Below the pieces are notes generated by a model. That model was not told the origin of the DNA, made no database searches, and worked only from the letters and a program-made list of their open reading frames with translations. DNA of 64,000 nucleotides. Source: Paramecium tetraurelia (lineage: Eukaryota). The stretch is taken from positions 116,048 through 180,047 of the forward strand of contig CT868672.1 in the NCBI GenBank assembly GCA_000165425.1, read 5' to 3'. The position numbers and the translations under genes are program-made. Below are positions 40,007-54,238 of this stretch, one piece after another; position 1 is the stretch's first letter; each line of letters opens with the position of its first letter.

Positions 40007-41641
40007 TCATTGCCATAGTTTATTCGAAGAAGTATTATTGAAGCTTTTTGATGCCCAATCCATATTAAGAACCTAGTTATTATGTATAGTATATACAGTT
40101 TTTTAGTTAATGTTCGGTTGAAAAGTAGGCAAGTATTTATTCTCTAGTTTTTGTAAATTTTCTTATTTTTTTTATTGATAATCAAGTAATCTATCTTCAA
40201 CTTTAGTAGTATTATAATTTTCAATATTTCTTTTTTGTATTTACGGTCTAAAAGTTAATGATGATAGCATGTCCTTATCCTTCTTTATCTACTCTGTTAA
40301 AATGTGTTCATTTCTTTTTTCTAGCCAATGGATTTAAGAATTTGCAAACTCTTCAACATTAATTTCCTATTACATAGATTTATTTGGATCTTTCCTTTTA
40401 GACCACTTCAACTTCTCTTTTTCCCATTGTTCCTATTCAGCTCTGATGGATTCCTCCTCCTTTTACTTTTTGAGTTCAATCTAAGATTTCATCCATTCCT
40501 CTTTTTTTTAAATGATTTTTTATTAACGAATATGTAATGGCACATAATATTAACATTCAGTTTTAACTCGCTGTCCTTAGGCTTCCATAAAGTCTAAACG
40601 TTTTTGTCTTTAATTTTGCACCTTTTTATTAGGAGTATCCTGGGTTGCAAATTAGGTTATTTATTATTATTGTTAAGGCTGTTATTGCTATTGTTACTTT
40701 TTAATGGTGTCTCCAATTTTAAATTTAATTTCATTGGTTTATACAATTGCATGGCATGAACCCTCTTTATATTGGACATCCTCAGCTGGATCGATAGGTT
40801 CCATTATATTCTCTTCCTTGATGATTTGAATTTCCTATCCCAAATTGATTGTCTTCTTAACACTATTGATTATTATTTGATTATACTTTATTGATAGATA
40901 GTCTTTCAGTTTGGGCAAACCTGGCAATAGATCAACCTAAACATCTGCATCTTTAAATTAATATATCATTTTGTAATCCTCCTCCTCATTTACAAGTTAC
41001 TTTAGTTTTCTTTCTAATAATTTACAACTTCGTTCATTTATCATGGGTCTTGCAGTCATAATTAATTTATCTTTGTTTTTTTCATCTTCTATCATTTTAT
41101 TCAACTATTTCAATCTTTACTTTTCATAATTGTACAATCTGTTTACTGTTTCCTAAAATACTATAATAAAAATGATGAAATTACCTTCGTCGAGATCCTC
41201 TTAAGCATGTTCTACTTTACTCTATTTCATTTTCTCTTCTTTTTGTTTTTCTTCTTCTTTCTTTTTCTTAACTTCCTCTGCCTTAAGTTACACATTTTTA
41301 ATGTTTTACTGCACCTTATCCATTTCTACATTTATAATGTTATTACTTTTTGGCTATTTTTACTTAATTTCTATTTGATATTTAGGAGCCTCAACAATTG
41401 GTTTTTGCTATTTCTTATGCAATTCAGTCATTTTTTTATTGAGTGCTTCTTTGAATACATTTTATTAATTGCTATATTTGCCATTCTGCAATTTTAATAT
41501 CGATGCTCCGACTTGAGTATTCCTCGATGTTTATACTTATCTTTAAGGGGAAAGGGAATTGCCAACTGATTCTGCCTGCAGATATCTTTCCATAGATTGA
41601 GACTAAACACTTTCTTTTGAGTCATCTAATTGTGAGTTCAT
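40007..41641 (-). CDS. Uncharacterised K/E/Q-rich coiled-coil protein
   Basis: Open frame from MNSQLDDSKES with tiny introns. TFRPQI/TFQPNIN-type short repeats near the C-terminus. Confidence 0.7.
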
Positions 41642-41871
41642 TTGCAAATAAATTTTAATAATAATATGGTTAATAAAATTCTCTTTTTATACTCTCATGC
41701 ATTTTAAGTAAAATTCAGTTTAGAAATCATTGAATCATTAAGAACAATTAAGAATGTACTCCTTGTTACAATTATCAACATATATTCTGTCATTATTGGT
41801 ACTTAATAAACCATAAAGGAATAATCTAATGTATTATATGAATTGTAGTGTATTAAAAATAAAATATATTA

Positions 41872-43914
41872 ATGAAACCTTCATTAAATTTCGATTTTAG
41901 TGAAGTTAAATTTGGTGATGAATTGACACCAAATTATACAAAAGAATTCATGGATCAAATGAGAGAGCAAATGTATAATGTTAGAAAGTTTGGACAAGCG
42001 TAAAAAATTCAAAGTCCAAAATGGAATCCATAAAGGCCAATGAGTGCCTAGGCAAAGTATTTAATGACTCCACAAGAAAAACATAGATACTTAAAATACA
42101 AAGAACCCACCTAACTTAGTTCAAATCGATAATCACCATTATAAACTACTTCAAACATGCTCAAGTTTGGAAAAACTCATATATCTGAAACTATTCCTTT
42201 GATTCATTCTAATCTCTTCAATTCTAGTTCAGATGTATAACTCACTAAATAACCTAATAGTTCTTAAGTATCTAAAAAGTAAACACCAAAACAAAAGATT
42301 ATTAATAAGCTATAGCCATAGCAAATCAATCAAATCGTTTTGGATAAACCTGTTTAAAACGAAGTGTTCAGCGTTTTCGATTGGGATGACGAATTGGATG
42401 ACTAATTCTACATTAAAGAGGCAGACTAGTATCTGCAGAAAAATCAAAGACTATAAACAATAGAGAGAGGAAATAGAGAGCAATTTCTATAAAAAGTAAA
42501 AATAAAGAATACTCCAAAAGCAAAAAATGCTAAATCAACCTAGGAAGAAATCCTCAAGCAATAAGAGATTGATATTTTGAAAAAAGAAGCAAAATTGGAA
42601 TAATTGAGATAAAATCAATTAATATATTATGATTAAATAAAAACTAAGAAAGAAAAGGAACAAGAGGAGTATGGCAACGATTTTGAGGATGAAGATTAAA
42701 TAATAAAATAGCCTACTATTCAACAATAACTAGTATCTAATAGTGAGGAAGATAATGAATATGGAAAGGATGATGAGTTTGAAGCCTACGAAGAGAATAA
42801 AGTTGTTGAAACTGGAGATGAATTAAAATAATAATAATAAAATCTTAAGAGTAAAGATCAAATTTAAAATAAAACTACTGCAGACTCCAAAAGTAATTTG
42901 ACTTCAAATTAATAAAATCCGAAGAAATTTATTTATAGAGCAAGAAATGCCAAAGAAAGGAAATAGGAACTAGAAGGAATGAGAGAAGAACTCGAAAAGA
43001 CTTTGATAAATAATGATGCTGCCTCTGCTCAAATATTCAATTAGTTGAAGGATTCAAGAGAAAAAGAAAAAATCATGATAGAAGTTAATACAAAACGAAG
43101 AGAAGACTTAGCCTTGGCTCGTCTAACTTTGCAGCAATTATAAGAAAGAATTGATTAATAAATACGTATGATTGATGTAATAGGTATATTAATATCATTT
43201 AGGATTTGGATAAAAAAGAACATTATGCTTAATAAATTATAGAAAAGCTAAAAGAAAACAAAACAAAGTAGTAATTACAATATGATAACGAAATCGAAAA
43301 GTTCTTGGCTTGCAAAGTGATTATAAGATTGCTCAAATGCAAGAAGGAAAGAAAACTGTTTTTAGAGTTAAAACGATAGATGTTCATGAATATGCTCAAA
43401 TAATGATTTTAATTTTATGCGATTATTTATAGAAAGGTTGAGTTATTTTTCTAAATTTTGTCACGTTTATCTAAGAATATTTAAAAAAATATGTTCTTTG
43501 AAAAATTAAAGAGGAGGGTAAACAAAAAGTCCAGAAAAGCCTTTGAATTTATAATTTAAATGAACTAAGATTGCTGGAATAATTAAAATAGTTAAATAAT
43601 TTAAGTAATTGATGTAAGACGGAGGGAATGTGTAAGATAGGGATTTGTTTATGAAAGAAATGGACAATTTGATATCTTAAAACCAATTTGGTTAAGCAGA
43701 AGTTTAGTTAACGAAGTATATTGAAAAGAATGAGGCTGATTCAGATGCTTTTAAAAAGAGATCCAATTTATACTTGAAGAACGGGAAATATATATAAGCT
43801 TTGCATGATATAGAGAAGGCTATGCTTTTGGATTCCTCAATGCCATGTTGTAAGAGCAGCTATGAACATTATTAAATTAAAAAGGGATTAATGAGAATGA
43901 GTAATGACATTTGA
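41872..43914 (+). CDS. Coiled-coil protein with a C-terminal TPR-like repeat
   Basis: Starts MKPSLNFDFSEVKFG. C-terminal DAFKKRSNLYLKNGKYIQALHDIEKAMLLD fits the TPR consensus. Confidence 0.7.
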
Positions 43915-43945
43915 TTTTTTATACAATAATAAAAATTTATAATTT

Positions 43946-45531
43946 ATGGCATAAAATTTAATATCAGCTATAGCTTGGGTTTCAAGAGGGTATGCAATTA
44001 AGCAGCCCAAAGAATTCGACTTAGATGAAGAGGAGATCAACTAGATGAAGCAAGATAAACTAATAAATAAGAAGTAAAGCATTTAATTTAGGTTTAGTTT
44101 GACACAAGATTTGGGTAAAATACAAGAGTAAGACGAAGATTCGAGTGAAGACAATCTCCCAGTATTTTGTTAGGATTTGGAAATGCATGGGAAATAGTCA
44201 TTGCCAGAAGATGGATATCCAGTGGCAATAGAGGATTTGAGTGATGAAGAGAAGGAGGATTACTAAATCAAATCTTCAGATGCTTTGGTTATAGCAGCCA
44301 AAATCGTATCAAATAAATGAATACTAAATTTTAGGAAAATGAGTTTTCATCATTGGAAGTGTATATCTATGAGGAGGAGAAGGCCAATTTATTTGTGCAT
44401 CATGAGATTTAATTGTCAGCATTTCCTTTGGCAGTAGAATGGTTACCAATTTAACCAGGTTAAGTCGAGAGTACATCTGCAATTAAGGGAAATTATGCAA
44501 TAGTATCATCATTTTTGCCTGAAATTGAAATTTGGAATTTAGATGTAGTCAATGTGTTGGAACCATCCATGGTCTTGGGAGGAGAGATTGAGTAGAACTA
44601 TAAGAAAGTGAAAAACCTTAAGAAATAGAATAAGAAATCATATAAACCTGACAGTCATACCGATTCAGTATTGAGTTTGTCATTGAATTCCTTTAAGCCC
44701 AACATCTTATTATCAGGATCAGCTGATCATTCGGTTAAATTATGGGATTTAATGCTGTAGAAATGTGTGTTTACTTACAATCATCATAAAGATAAAGTTT
44801 AAATCTCTAAATTCAATACAAAAGAGGAAAGTGTAATATTATCAGGAGGTGAGGATGGAAAGCTTTGTTTATTCGATGCTAGATCACCAGATTCTATTCA
44901 TTAACATAAAATGCTAGGAGTATTGGAAAGTGCCTGTTGGGATCCTATTAAGGGATATTAGATAGCTTATTCTACGGAGGATGGAAATCTGATATTGTTA
45001 GATGCTAGAAAAATAAGTGAATAACCATTAGCTAATTTCAATGTAAATAAAAAGGCACTCAGCAGTGTACACATGAGTTCTGGAGTGCCAGGATTATTGG
45101 CTACTACCTGTTTGGATGGAAAGATTAGAGTGTATGATACAGATGCTCCTATAAAGAATGGTTAATTGCAATTGATAAGTTCATACAACCCAAAATTAGT
45201 AAGATTTTAATCAATGAATTTAGGAATCCCTTTATTGTGGTTAATTCTATTAAGATTCTCCCTGGACTTATGGATGTGGATCTAGTCAAGGAGAACTATT
45301 TGTTTGGGATATGCAAGAGAGTTAATAGATTGTCAGTCACTTCAGTAATAGAGTGGCTCCAGAATAAAGACCCAAAGTTGAGGATGTATGCTATCTTTTA
45401 TATTTAATTAGTGCACTTCAAAAAACACAGATGATCTGTGCATGAAGGAAAGGGAGGAGATCTAAAAGATGGAATAAGAGGACAAGGAGGATATGGAAGA
45501 AGGGGGATTGTAAGAGGAGGAAAATAATTGA
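43946..45531 (+). CDS. PWP1: Periodic tryptophan protein 1 (WD40)
   Basis: ISAIAWVSRG, SSLEVYIYEE..NLFVHHEI.LSAFPLAVEWL, EIEIWNLDV, SHTDSVLSL and LSGSADHSVKLWDL. Confidence 0.92.
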
Positions 45532-45577
45532 TTGTTTATTATTTGTTGTATTTTAGATACTGTATTGCAATAGTTAT

Positions 45578-47636
45578 TCAATCTTATCCATTATTTTATT
45601 ATTAATGATCCTATTCATTCAATTCTGGTTCTTTCATCAATCTAACGATATTCTTTACACAGGTTCCAACTACTTTACCATCAGCTGTGGTGTCTCTGTA
45701 TAACAATATAGTCAAATTGTCAATTGTTGCTCCGTAGACTGTTGAGAACATCATAGATATCTAAGTATATTTGGATCAATATTTACGAAATAGGAAAAAA
45801 TGAATGAAATCAATAGGAAATAAACTGGCTAATGAATGCCAATGGTGGTGCTGGTAGTGATGATCAAGATGTAAGTAAATGATACACATAAATTAGCAAC
45901 AGCAAAGCAATAAGTTACTGATAGTTATTCTCCATGATATTGAACTTTAGTTGTTTCTTTCAACTTTTAATCAAAAACATATTGAGATTTGGCACTCAAT
46001 AGGAATTCATCATTTCTTAAATAAGCCAATAGATAGGCTCTGTCATTTATGCACAGTATCTCCTACAATCTAGCTGGGATTTAAAAATTAGCATCCCTCT
46101 TCTATCTAGCCCACACATAAATCCTAATGAATAATCTAGGAATCATTAATAAGAAGATGAGTGCTTCTCCAAATACGACCGAGCCAAAATTATTGAAAGC
46201 ATAAATTTCAAATATATCCATCAATGATAATTCTGGATCACGAGAATCTATTTTCTGTCTCTGAATTCCCATTCGTTTATACACTTCAATGACTTTGCCA
46301 ATCAATATTACGTGTTCGCTTCCTAAAATGGCTAGGGTCACTATAATCAATTCAAACACATGAATGAATCCCATAATGAATGTGGTCCAACTCAACTAAA
46401 AGGTATTAAATGCATAAAATCCTGATTCTGCCTTTCCGATAGAGAAGAGATTACTATTGAAATATAATGAATTTAGAATACGTTGCCATCCACACCCAAA
46501 ATCCACAAAACATCAATAAGAGTGCTGCACTGCCAATCAATAGTATCAGGATTTCTCTGAATCTTGAGGGTTGATCTTCTTGTTGTTGAATTCCAGAAGA
46601 GGAGAAGTCAAAAAAATAATTGACAATCTATATCTTGATTCCCATTGTCTTATAGGTCTTACGATTCAATATTAAATCCACCAAGAAATAAATGCCAAAC
46701 AAAAGGAAAAAGATACTAGAAATTAAGATGATGGTGATATTAGATTCCTCTACTTAAATTATACCTATTGCCTCTTCTCCAGATATGGAAGTACTATGTA
46801 CAGGTTCAGTATATTGAGATTATTTCAAATAATAAAATAGTCCCAAGAATCCTGACAAAAACAGACCCACTATGGATTAGATTGAAATCACCCATATAGC
46901 AGTCTGTTATAGTTTGATCATCAAGAAATAGAATAACTAACTAAGTTTATTATTAAATCAAACTTTACTTTAACAATAAACAAAGTGTCAGAGTGGCAAA
47001 TATCATGATCTTCCCATTACTAATGTCTGATAAAAATGTGATAATTCCTGATTGTTGTAGGCCTTCTCTAATGTTATCAAAATAACTAGTTTTTTTTGGA
47101 AGACAAATATCAATGAATGGTACAGAATCATAATATAACATGGTGTAAGTTGGATCATCAATGGATGGTCTATTTCTGCACGAATTGATTACTTGATTTG
47201 GGTAGCATTCTAATTCCAGCGATTCTATTGTATTAATTAAAAATAGAACCATCTGCTTCATTATCTACATTCAAAACTGGACACTCCTTAACACACACTG
47301 TTCTGTCTAAATGTTTTGAATCAGTTGGATTTGTAAAGTATATGAATTTATATGCTTCCAACCCTATATCAACTCCGCATACATTCTCTAAAAACTTATA
47401 GAGTCTATTTGAATACAATTTGTGTCGTATGGTTTCCCCAACTAATCTGGATTCCCAAATCCAAAACTGATTATAGCAATCAAATAAACTAATCCTTAAA
47501 ACAATAGAAAATATAGTCCATATTTCTTATCTTGCAATTCTTTATGAGCCTTGTGTTCTTCTTCGGCTTCCTTCAAATCTTGCTTTATATAAGAACCAGG
47601 GTAGTTGTTTTATTTTGACAAGATTGTTTAATCCAT
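45578..47636 (-). CDS. Choline transporter-like (CTL/SLC44/Pns1) protein
   Basis: GNPDQLGKPYD..CG, RTVCVKECP, multiple TM helices, FGSVVFGEALI and INDRAYLL. Confidence 0.8.
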
Positions 47637-48249
47637 TATTCAAAATAATATATTATTTATATTATTATTCGTTAACTAAATCAATAATCACTAAAACACG
47701 CCCAAAAATAATTAATATTATTAATTCAACTAAAATAACAGCAATTGCCCAAAAACTAAACTCCATCTAATTGATATTTATTTTTAAGGATGCCAATTCA
47801 TCTAAACCAATTGATATTTTACAAATAAGAAAGTAAGATTCTATTTATTTGAGATTATCAGACATTATTTGATATGTAGACCTATTAAAATAATAAAGAG
47901 GTATTGTAAATTCAATAATTAGTTGAAATTGATTCAAAATTACGAATTATAATTATTAGATAAATTATCTACTTTAAGTGCTATTATTATGAAAATATCA
48001 TGATTAATTTCATATAAATTCTTATTTAAAGAAAAAGTCTTAAATCAATAAGTTGTTCTGATTAATTTTAATTACAAACCTTAGAAATTAAAAATATCTT
48101 TTGATGGAAAATTAATAAGGAATAAAACTATGTGGATGCTAACATTTTATATTATTTGATATTATAATGATATAGCATTCAATATATATAAAGAAATTTA
48201 AAATATTGATTCTATCAATCGAATTTATTTGTTATGATATAAAATGTTA

Positions 48250-49158
48250 TCAACCCCTTATTTTTTTATCTTCTGATAACTATTTGAAAACCCCAAATAG
48301 AATAAAACATCCTCCAATGAAACCATTCAAACTCAATATTTTTCTAAAGAGAACATAATCTATAATAATGACATATAAAGTTTAAGAGTAGGTGTAATTG
48401 CATATTTTATCATAAGTGACAATTGTTTGAGCTCTGAATTAAAGAATTTATCCAAAAAGAGTAAAAAAGGCAAATCCAAATATATAGAACCAGTATCCTG
48501 TAAAGTATTCAAATCTACCAATGTATTATTGCCATAGACTTGAAGTTATGATGATCATAATGTGGAAATATGAAGTAACGATTGTTGCCGATACCTCAGA
48601 TCCTATTTATTTCATCGTGATATAGGATAGTGATTGGACTACACTGCAAACTAATATGCTCAAGCATCCAATTATATGCATAAAAGGATCCTCAACGTTA
48701 ATCGTGGGATTTGACACCAAGCCTATTCCTATGATACAAATTAGAGAGTTTATTAGTCTTGACTTGGTGATATGCTCTCTTTTCATGCAGCTGACAATTA
48801 ATTAACTCCATATTGAATTTGTGGAAAAAAGGATTGCTGCTTCAGATAGAGAAATAAAATTCAATCCATAAAAGTATAGCGAGGATCCAATAGCTCCTAG
48901 AAACTATGATTTTATTAAATATTGTGTTTTTAACTTTGGATAATAATTCTGTTATTATTGAAATAGAAAAATAAGAATCAAGGAGGAAATTGATCTAATA
49001 AATAAACTCTGTGGAACTATGCTAAAATGACCATATTTAAAAAATGTTATTTGCACAGCATGAAAAAAATAAGCAACTAGCATGTAAATGATTGCAGCTC
49101 TTAAAGTATTTTTATCTTCCATTTCCTTCAAGTGTCTAGAGATTGTGGATATGAACAT
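48250..49158 (-). CDS. Drug/metabolite transporter (EamA/DMT) family protein
   Basis: About 10 hydrophobic helices, LFIRS, FLGAIGSSLYFYGLNFISLSEAAILFSTNSIW, and PYTYSQTLYVIIIDY. Confidence 0.8.
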
Positions 49159-49829
49159 CGTTTGATAAATTAAAAAATATTCTTTTATAAATCTTCGAAT
49201 TATCGTTAATAAATATATTTTACCGGAAACGTGTAATTAATTATCGACATAAGAAAAAGCAATAAATTTCGACAATTTCTTAATTCTTAACTCAATTGTT
49301 AAATTTTTATTAATAAGAAAAAAATAATTATTAATTCAATATTAAAATAAACCAATTATTTAATAATCAATAATTATTATTGTACATGAATAAATCGTTA
49401 TATAGCATATTCCTAATTTTTGGTGTTTTATTTTCTTTAATAAATTCCTCAAAATATTCAGACACTCCATAATTTCGAACTTGCTCATTATTTCTATAAT
49501 CTAACTCTCCACTAAAAATAATCAAGTAATATATTGTTATATTTTTGATTATATATGACTTTTTACCAATTATCTAATTAAATTGATCTTTTATTAAAAA
49601 ATGTTCACATTTAGGGTAAATATAGTATTAGGCTATGCTGTTAATAAAATTTTAGAAGATTGTCTAAATGATAGATTTTTGAATAATATATTAGAATAAA
49701 TAAGATGTAAGGTTATTACCTTTGATAATACAACAATTAATATAAATTTTAAGAACAATATAATAAAAACTATTAATAATAAATTAAGATAGCTTATTGT
49801 ATTTTTAATAATAAAGGAACCAATGCCAT

Positions 49830-51939
49830 TCATAATTCGAAATCATATATTGGGACATTAAGATTGGAATATTTTAGCTTCTTAAATTAAAGACTTTAAA
49901 ATTCAGGAACATTCATAAATGATTCCAATCTAGAATTAAATAGAATAAAATACTTTTCTTTCAGATAAGTATAAATTTAGGATCTACAAAATTCAACTGC
50001 CCTTTCATCATTTACTATTACTTATTCTTAGAATGCATATTAGAATAAACAGTCTACTACTTATCTTTCCCCTTCCTGAATCAATGGCTACTCTCCATCG
50101 TAAATATCTATTGTCTTAGGATCAAAGTCCCATTTTCCAACAGGTTTGACTGGTTCGGCTGATTCTTATTATTATTACAGTTCTGCAGTCTATTGTTGTG
50201 AAGCTTATTGTGAGTCTGGATTGACTGGGTCTTGTTATTATTCTGGTTATTCTTCAACAAAACAAGGAACAAGCAGATTGACTACTGCAGTGACATTTTC
50301 AAGTTAATTTTGTGGTTATTTGAAGATGAGATTAATTTTCTTTCTAGCTTCCACCATTTCTAAATCATGTTAAGTAATTTCTGGTTTTTGATATTCATCC
50401 TCGATTGGTTATTATTCAACTTATTCTGGTTATTATTATTATTACTATTATTAATCTTCTGATTATTAAGGTGGGGCTTAGTCAGATGGTTATTGCTGTT
50501 AGTCTGCTTCTTCTGTTTTTAATTTAACTTCTGCTTTTGGTTTAGGCTCTTTATAATTTACTGATTTAAAATAAATATCAAAGAAGCCATCCAACAATTT
50601 ATTCAATATAGTTTTTCTAATGTTAGGAGCATATTATTATGAAACATAAGATGCCCAAAATGGTGATTAATTTTTGAGTTAATCAATGGTTGCTTATTTT
50701 GAATTTTTCTCGAAAATGTATAAATCTTCTTCCATCTTAGCAAATGCTTCTTAAATTATTTGCTAAAGGGATGAATTTACTGTGATATTGAATGTATTGC
50801 ACTTGTTCATAAGGATATCCATCCAAATAGTTTATACGATTGATTCATCAATTTAATCTAATTAATCTCCAGTTATTAGATCTAATCCTTCTGCTAATAG
50901 TAGAAATAGATCCAAGTGCAAAACCACTCCCTTTTATCCGATTTCTGAGGTGCCTTCCTAGATATTAGCTTGAAATATTGAGTTGAGTGACTCTGCTTTA
51001 GAGAGTGTGAGATTATAGAATGCTCCTCTTTAGACTTCTCTTTTTTCTTTTAATGCTCTTCTTCTTTTGATTTCAGCCTTTCTCTTTTTACGTTCTTCAA
51101 TCTCAATTCTAATTCTTTCCCTCTCATCCAAGATCGCTCTTCTTCTTTGTTGTTCTTAATTATAAAAACTTGAATGTTATTGTGTGATTGGGGTTTGGAC
51201 TTCATCCAAGAGGTGATTGATATTTTGAAGACAATTTTAATTATTTTCACAATTTTATTTTATTCTCTGAATCAGCCATGGCAATGAGTGAACCTTCAAT
51301 TCCAATAAATAATCATTTTTCAGTAATCCCAAATTTTCAAGATCCTTGAGAATTCTGTAATTCACTCCCTTCACTACATTTTTGGATAGAGTTCTAGCTA
51401 TAAATTTTTATTATGACAGTTTCATCTAATCCTGATATAATTTGTGTTACAAGACTCTCCTTTCCTAGGTAAATTATCATTATAATTATATACTCTTTCT
51501 TCCTTTCTTCTAACATAGGCTGCTTCCATTCTCTGAGTTACCATTAATTCAGCATTTCTTTTTTTTTCAAAGGCAGCTTTCTATATCTGCAACTCTTGTC
51601 TCTCTAATTCTTCGATCAACTCCATCCTTGCCTATTCTACCGATTTGCCCACTAAAACTTATAAAACAGGCTCCACCTCTAAAATGTAATCAAACAAATC
51701 AGGCTCATAAGATTCAATCTGTGTTTCCACATCTATTCCCTTCGGTAATGGCTTATATTCCGGAGTTGGCTTGACTATTAAGTTACACATACAGGGCGAT
51801 CAATATAATAATCCGGTCTTATCTTCGATTCATCATCAGGCAGGTCTGTGAGTTCCTCATAAAAATCTTAATCTCGGTATTTGGGGTGAGATACTTGTGG
51901 CTCAGCTTCAAACTAATAAACATTTGCTTATGCTTGCAT
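49830..51939 (-). CDS. RSP3: Radial spoke protein 3 with a long C-terminal extension
   Basis: YIDRP|PTPEYKPLPKGIDVETQI...DLFDYILEVEPVLQVLVGKSVEQARMELIEE...RNAELMVTQRME is the RSP3 signature. Confidence 0.9.
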
Positions 51940-52475
51940 ATTATTTAAATTAATAACTGATGCATATATATTATCAGAAACAATCATTCCTTCTATTATC
52001 ACTTTTACACTTCCCACATCAAGATCCATCAACTTTCTTCGATCCTCTCATATTTCACAAATACATTATAATCAAAAATCCCATACCTTTAAATATTATA
52101 ATTAATTTTTATCAAAAACATAATATTGACTTTCATGTCTACTTCTCCTCTTCACTCTTCAATCAATCTAGAGTAATACTTTCTCATATTTTATGTATAC
52201 TTCAAATTGCATTCATTAAAATTGCATTTAACTTTTTAACGCAACAAACCCATACATATTTGTGTGGTATGATAATTTAATCATATTTTACAAGAACTTT
52301 AATAATATACATTAAATTTGTAAAATTCGCTTATGAATTTAAATACGTTCAGAACCTATTTCCTACGTTGTATGTGTTCATGAGTAAATATAAAATAAAA
52401 TACTTATAATGATATTATAAATGGAATGAGTTTATTTGATATTCTAATAATTATAATATAGTTTAAAATATTGCT

Positions 52476-53112
52476 ATGGACCCTCCTTCATCTAGAAGAC
52501 CTCCCATCTTTGGTCCTCCAAGATAAAATAGATTTGAAGCAAAGTGCAAATATTGCAAGAAATGTACTATTGAGAAATTTTAAAGAATAGGATCCGTAAC
52601 TCCTTTAATGGCATGAAACTCAGTGTTAAAAGTAGCAATAGGGTCCACTCACTTAATTTGTTAATGCTGGAAACTAATTTGTTAATGTGGGAACCTAATT
52701 CATACGAGGATTTAGTTAAGGAGTTTAAAGAAACGTTGAGAGATTAGGAAATGCTATCTCCAATGAAATTCATTAAATGGAGAGGATTTTCAACAATCAA
52801 CCAAATCCCGTAACGATAGATGTTTACTAAGAATAATTCAATAGATTACGCTAAGAAGATAATAATAGATAAGGTGTAGAATAACCGAAAAGTGAGCCTA
52901 ACTTTATCGAATATAATTTTATAAATAAACGCAATTTAACTCCATCTGCTAAGATGTGTTGTATATGCTAAGATGAATATATTGATAATGAGAAGATACT
53001 GATCCTTCAATGTATGCATAGATATCATAAATCATGTCTGAGTGACTGGATTAAGAAAAAGCCAACTTGTCCAATATGTAAAATTAATATATATCAATAA
53101 TATTAACAATGA
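52476..53112 (+). CDS. RING-H2 E3 ligase with an N-terminal C2HC (UBZ-like) finger
   Basis: CKYCKK..LLQWHETQC across a 22-nt intron, and CCICQDEY..LQCMHRYHKSCLSDWI..PTCPICK. TGA at 53110-53112. Confidence 0.88.
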
Positions 53113-54238
53113 AATTAATATTTTTGTTTCTCTTTGCAAGTTGTTTAGTATTGGCTTAAGAGAATGTTGAAACAAGTGGGGATGACACTTTGGATAATAT
53201 AAAGAAATTGGAAGAGCAGGAATCAGATGCAATAAATTCGACTTAGGAATAGAATCCATAAGAAAATTCTGATGAGAAAAACAAAAAAAGTGAAAAGGAA
53301 GAAGATAATTAATCAATAGATAGTGAAGAATTGGCAGACATTATAGATGGTGCAGAAGAAAATATGTTTGAATTGCTCGAAGCATTAAGACCATTATTTG
53401 GGGTAAATTATGCATCTACCAAATATCCTAGCTTAGATTCGGTGACAAAGATAGAGACAGTGATGGATAAGTAATTGATGATCAACCAGAAGCAGAAGAC
53501 AACGATGCTCAAGAGAAGGCTGCAATTTTGGTGGATCCTGTTGAGGATCTCTTAAAAAAGGTTGATGCAGATCCTTTGATGCTTTAATGGGATTAATTAA
53601 TGAATGATTTTGATCCTGAAGATCTACTTACCTTTGAATTACAATCTGGAGCCACAGAGGTATCCACTTTAATGAGTAAGCATAGATTTTGTGCGAGACC
53701 ATCAAGAAGCCAACAACCATAAGAGGGGCATACTTCATCCCTTAATTCAAATTGGATCAGAAGATTGATTTCTATATCAAGACTTCTAATAACACTTTGC
53801 TGTATTCAAAGGAAAGAGTTCAGGAGGGCATCTTTAAAATAGATATTCCAGAAAAAGGAGAATATAAATTCATCTTCATAAACAGAAGAGTATTCTTCAT
53901 TTCTATTGTAGACAAAAGAACCCTTAACAATAACCTTTGCAATTGATGTTCACGATTCTCATTAAGAGTTCCTTAAATTGGCTGATTTGGATCCTCTGGC
54001 TTTCAGAATTGAGAGATTATCCACAGCGATGAGGGTAAATTAAATTAATATGATTAAGGATAATTATTTCTATGACAAAATGGCTGCCTAACAATTTGAG
54101 GGGGGATTAAGAGAGGTTTCGAAAGCTAATGCTAAATTGTTGATTTTCAGTTTGATTGAAGTCATAGGCATAATTGCTATTACAGGATGGTAAGTCTTTT
54201 ACCTTAAAAGAATTTTGAGTAATTAGAGAATCATATGA
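53109..54238 (+). CDS. p24/emp24/GOLD family cargo receptor with an acidic N-terminal extension
   Basis: Signal peptide MKLIFLFLFASCLVLA, GOLD motifs (IDFYI..GEYKFIF.N..ITFAI), coiled-coil, TM FSLIEVIGIIAITGWQVFYLKR and a short tail. Confidence 0.88.

Noticed and set aside
41207..41497. Phe/Leu-rich 'membrane' ORF (also 40328-40537)
   Set aside because: Reverse complement of K/E-rich codons of the minus-strand gene.
49386..49829. Plus-strand signal-peptide-like ORF MNKSLYSIFLIFG
   Set aside because: It stops after about 66 codons, and the putative intron lacks an AG acceptor at normal distance. Not supportable as a gene.
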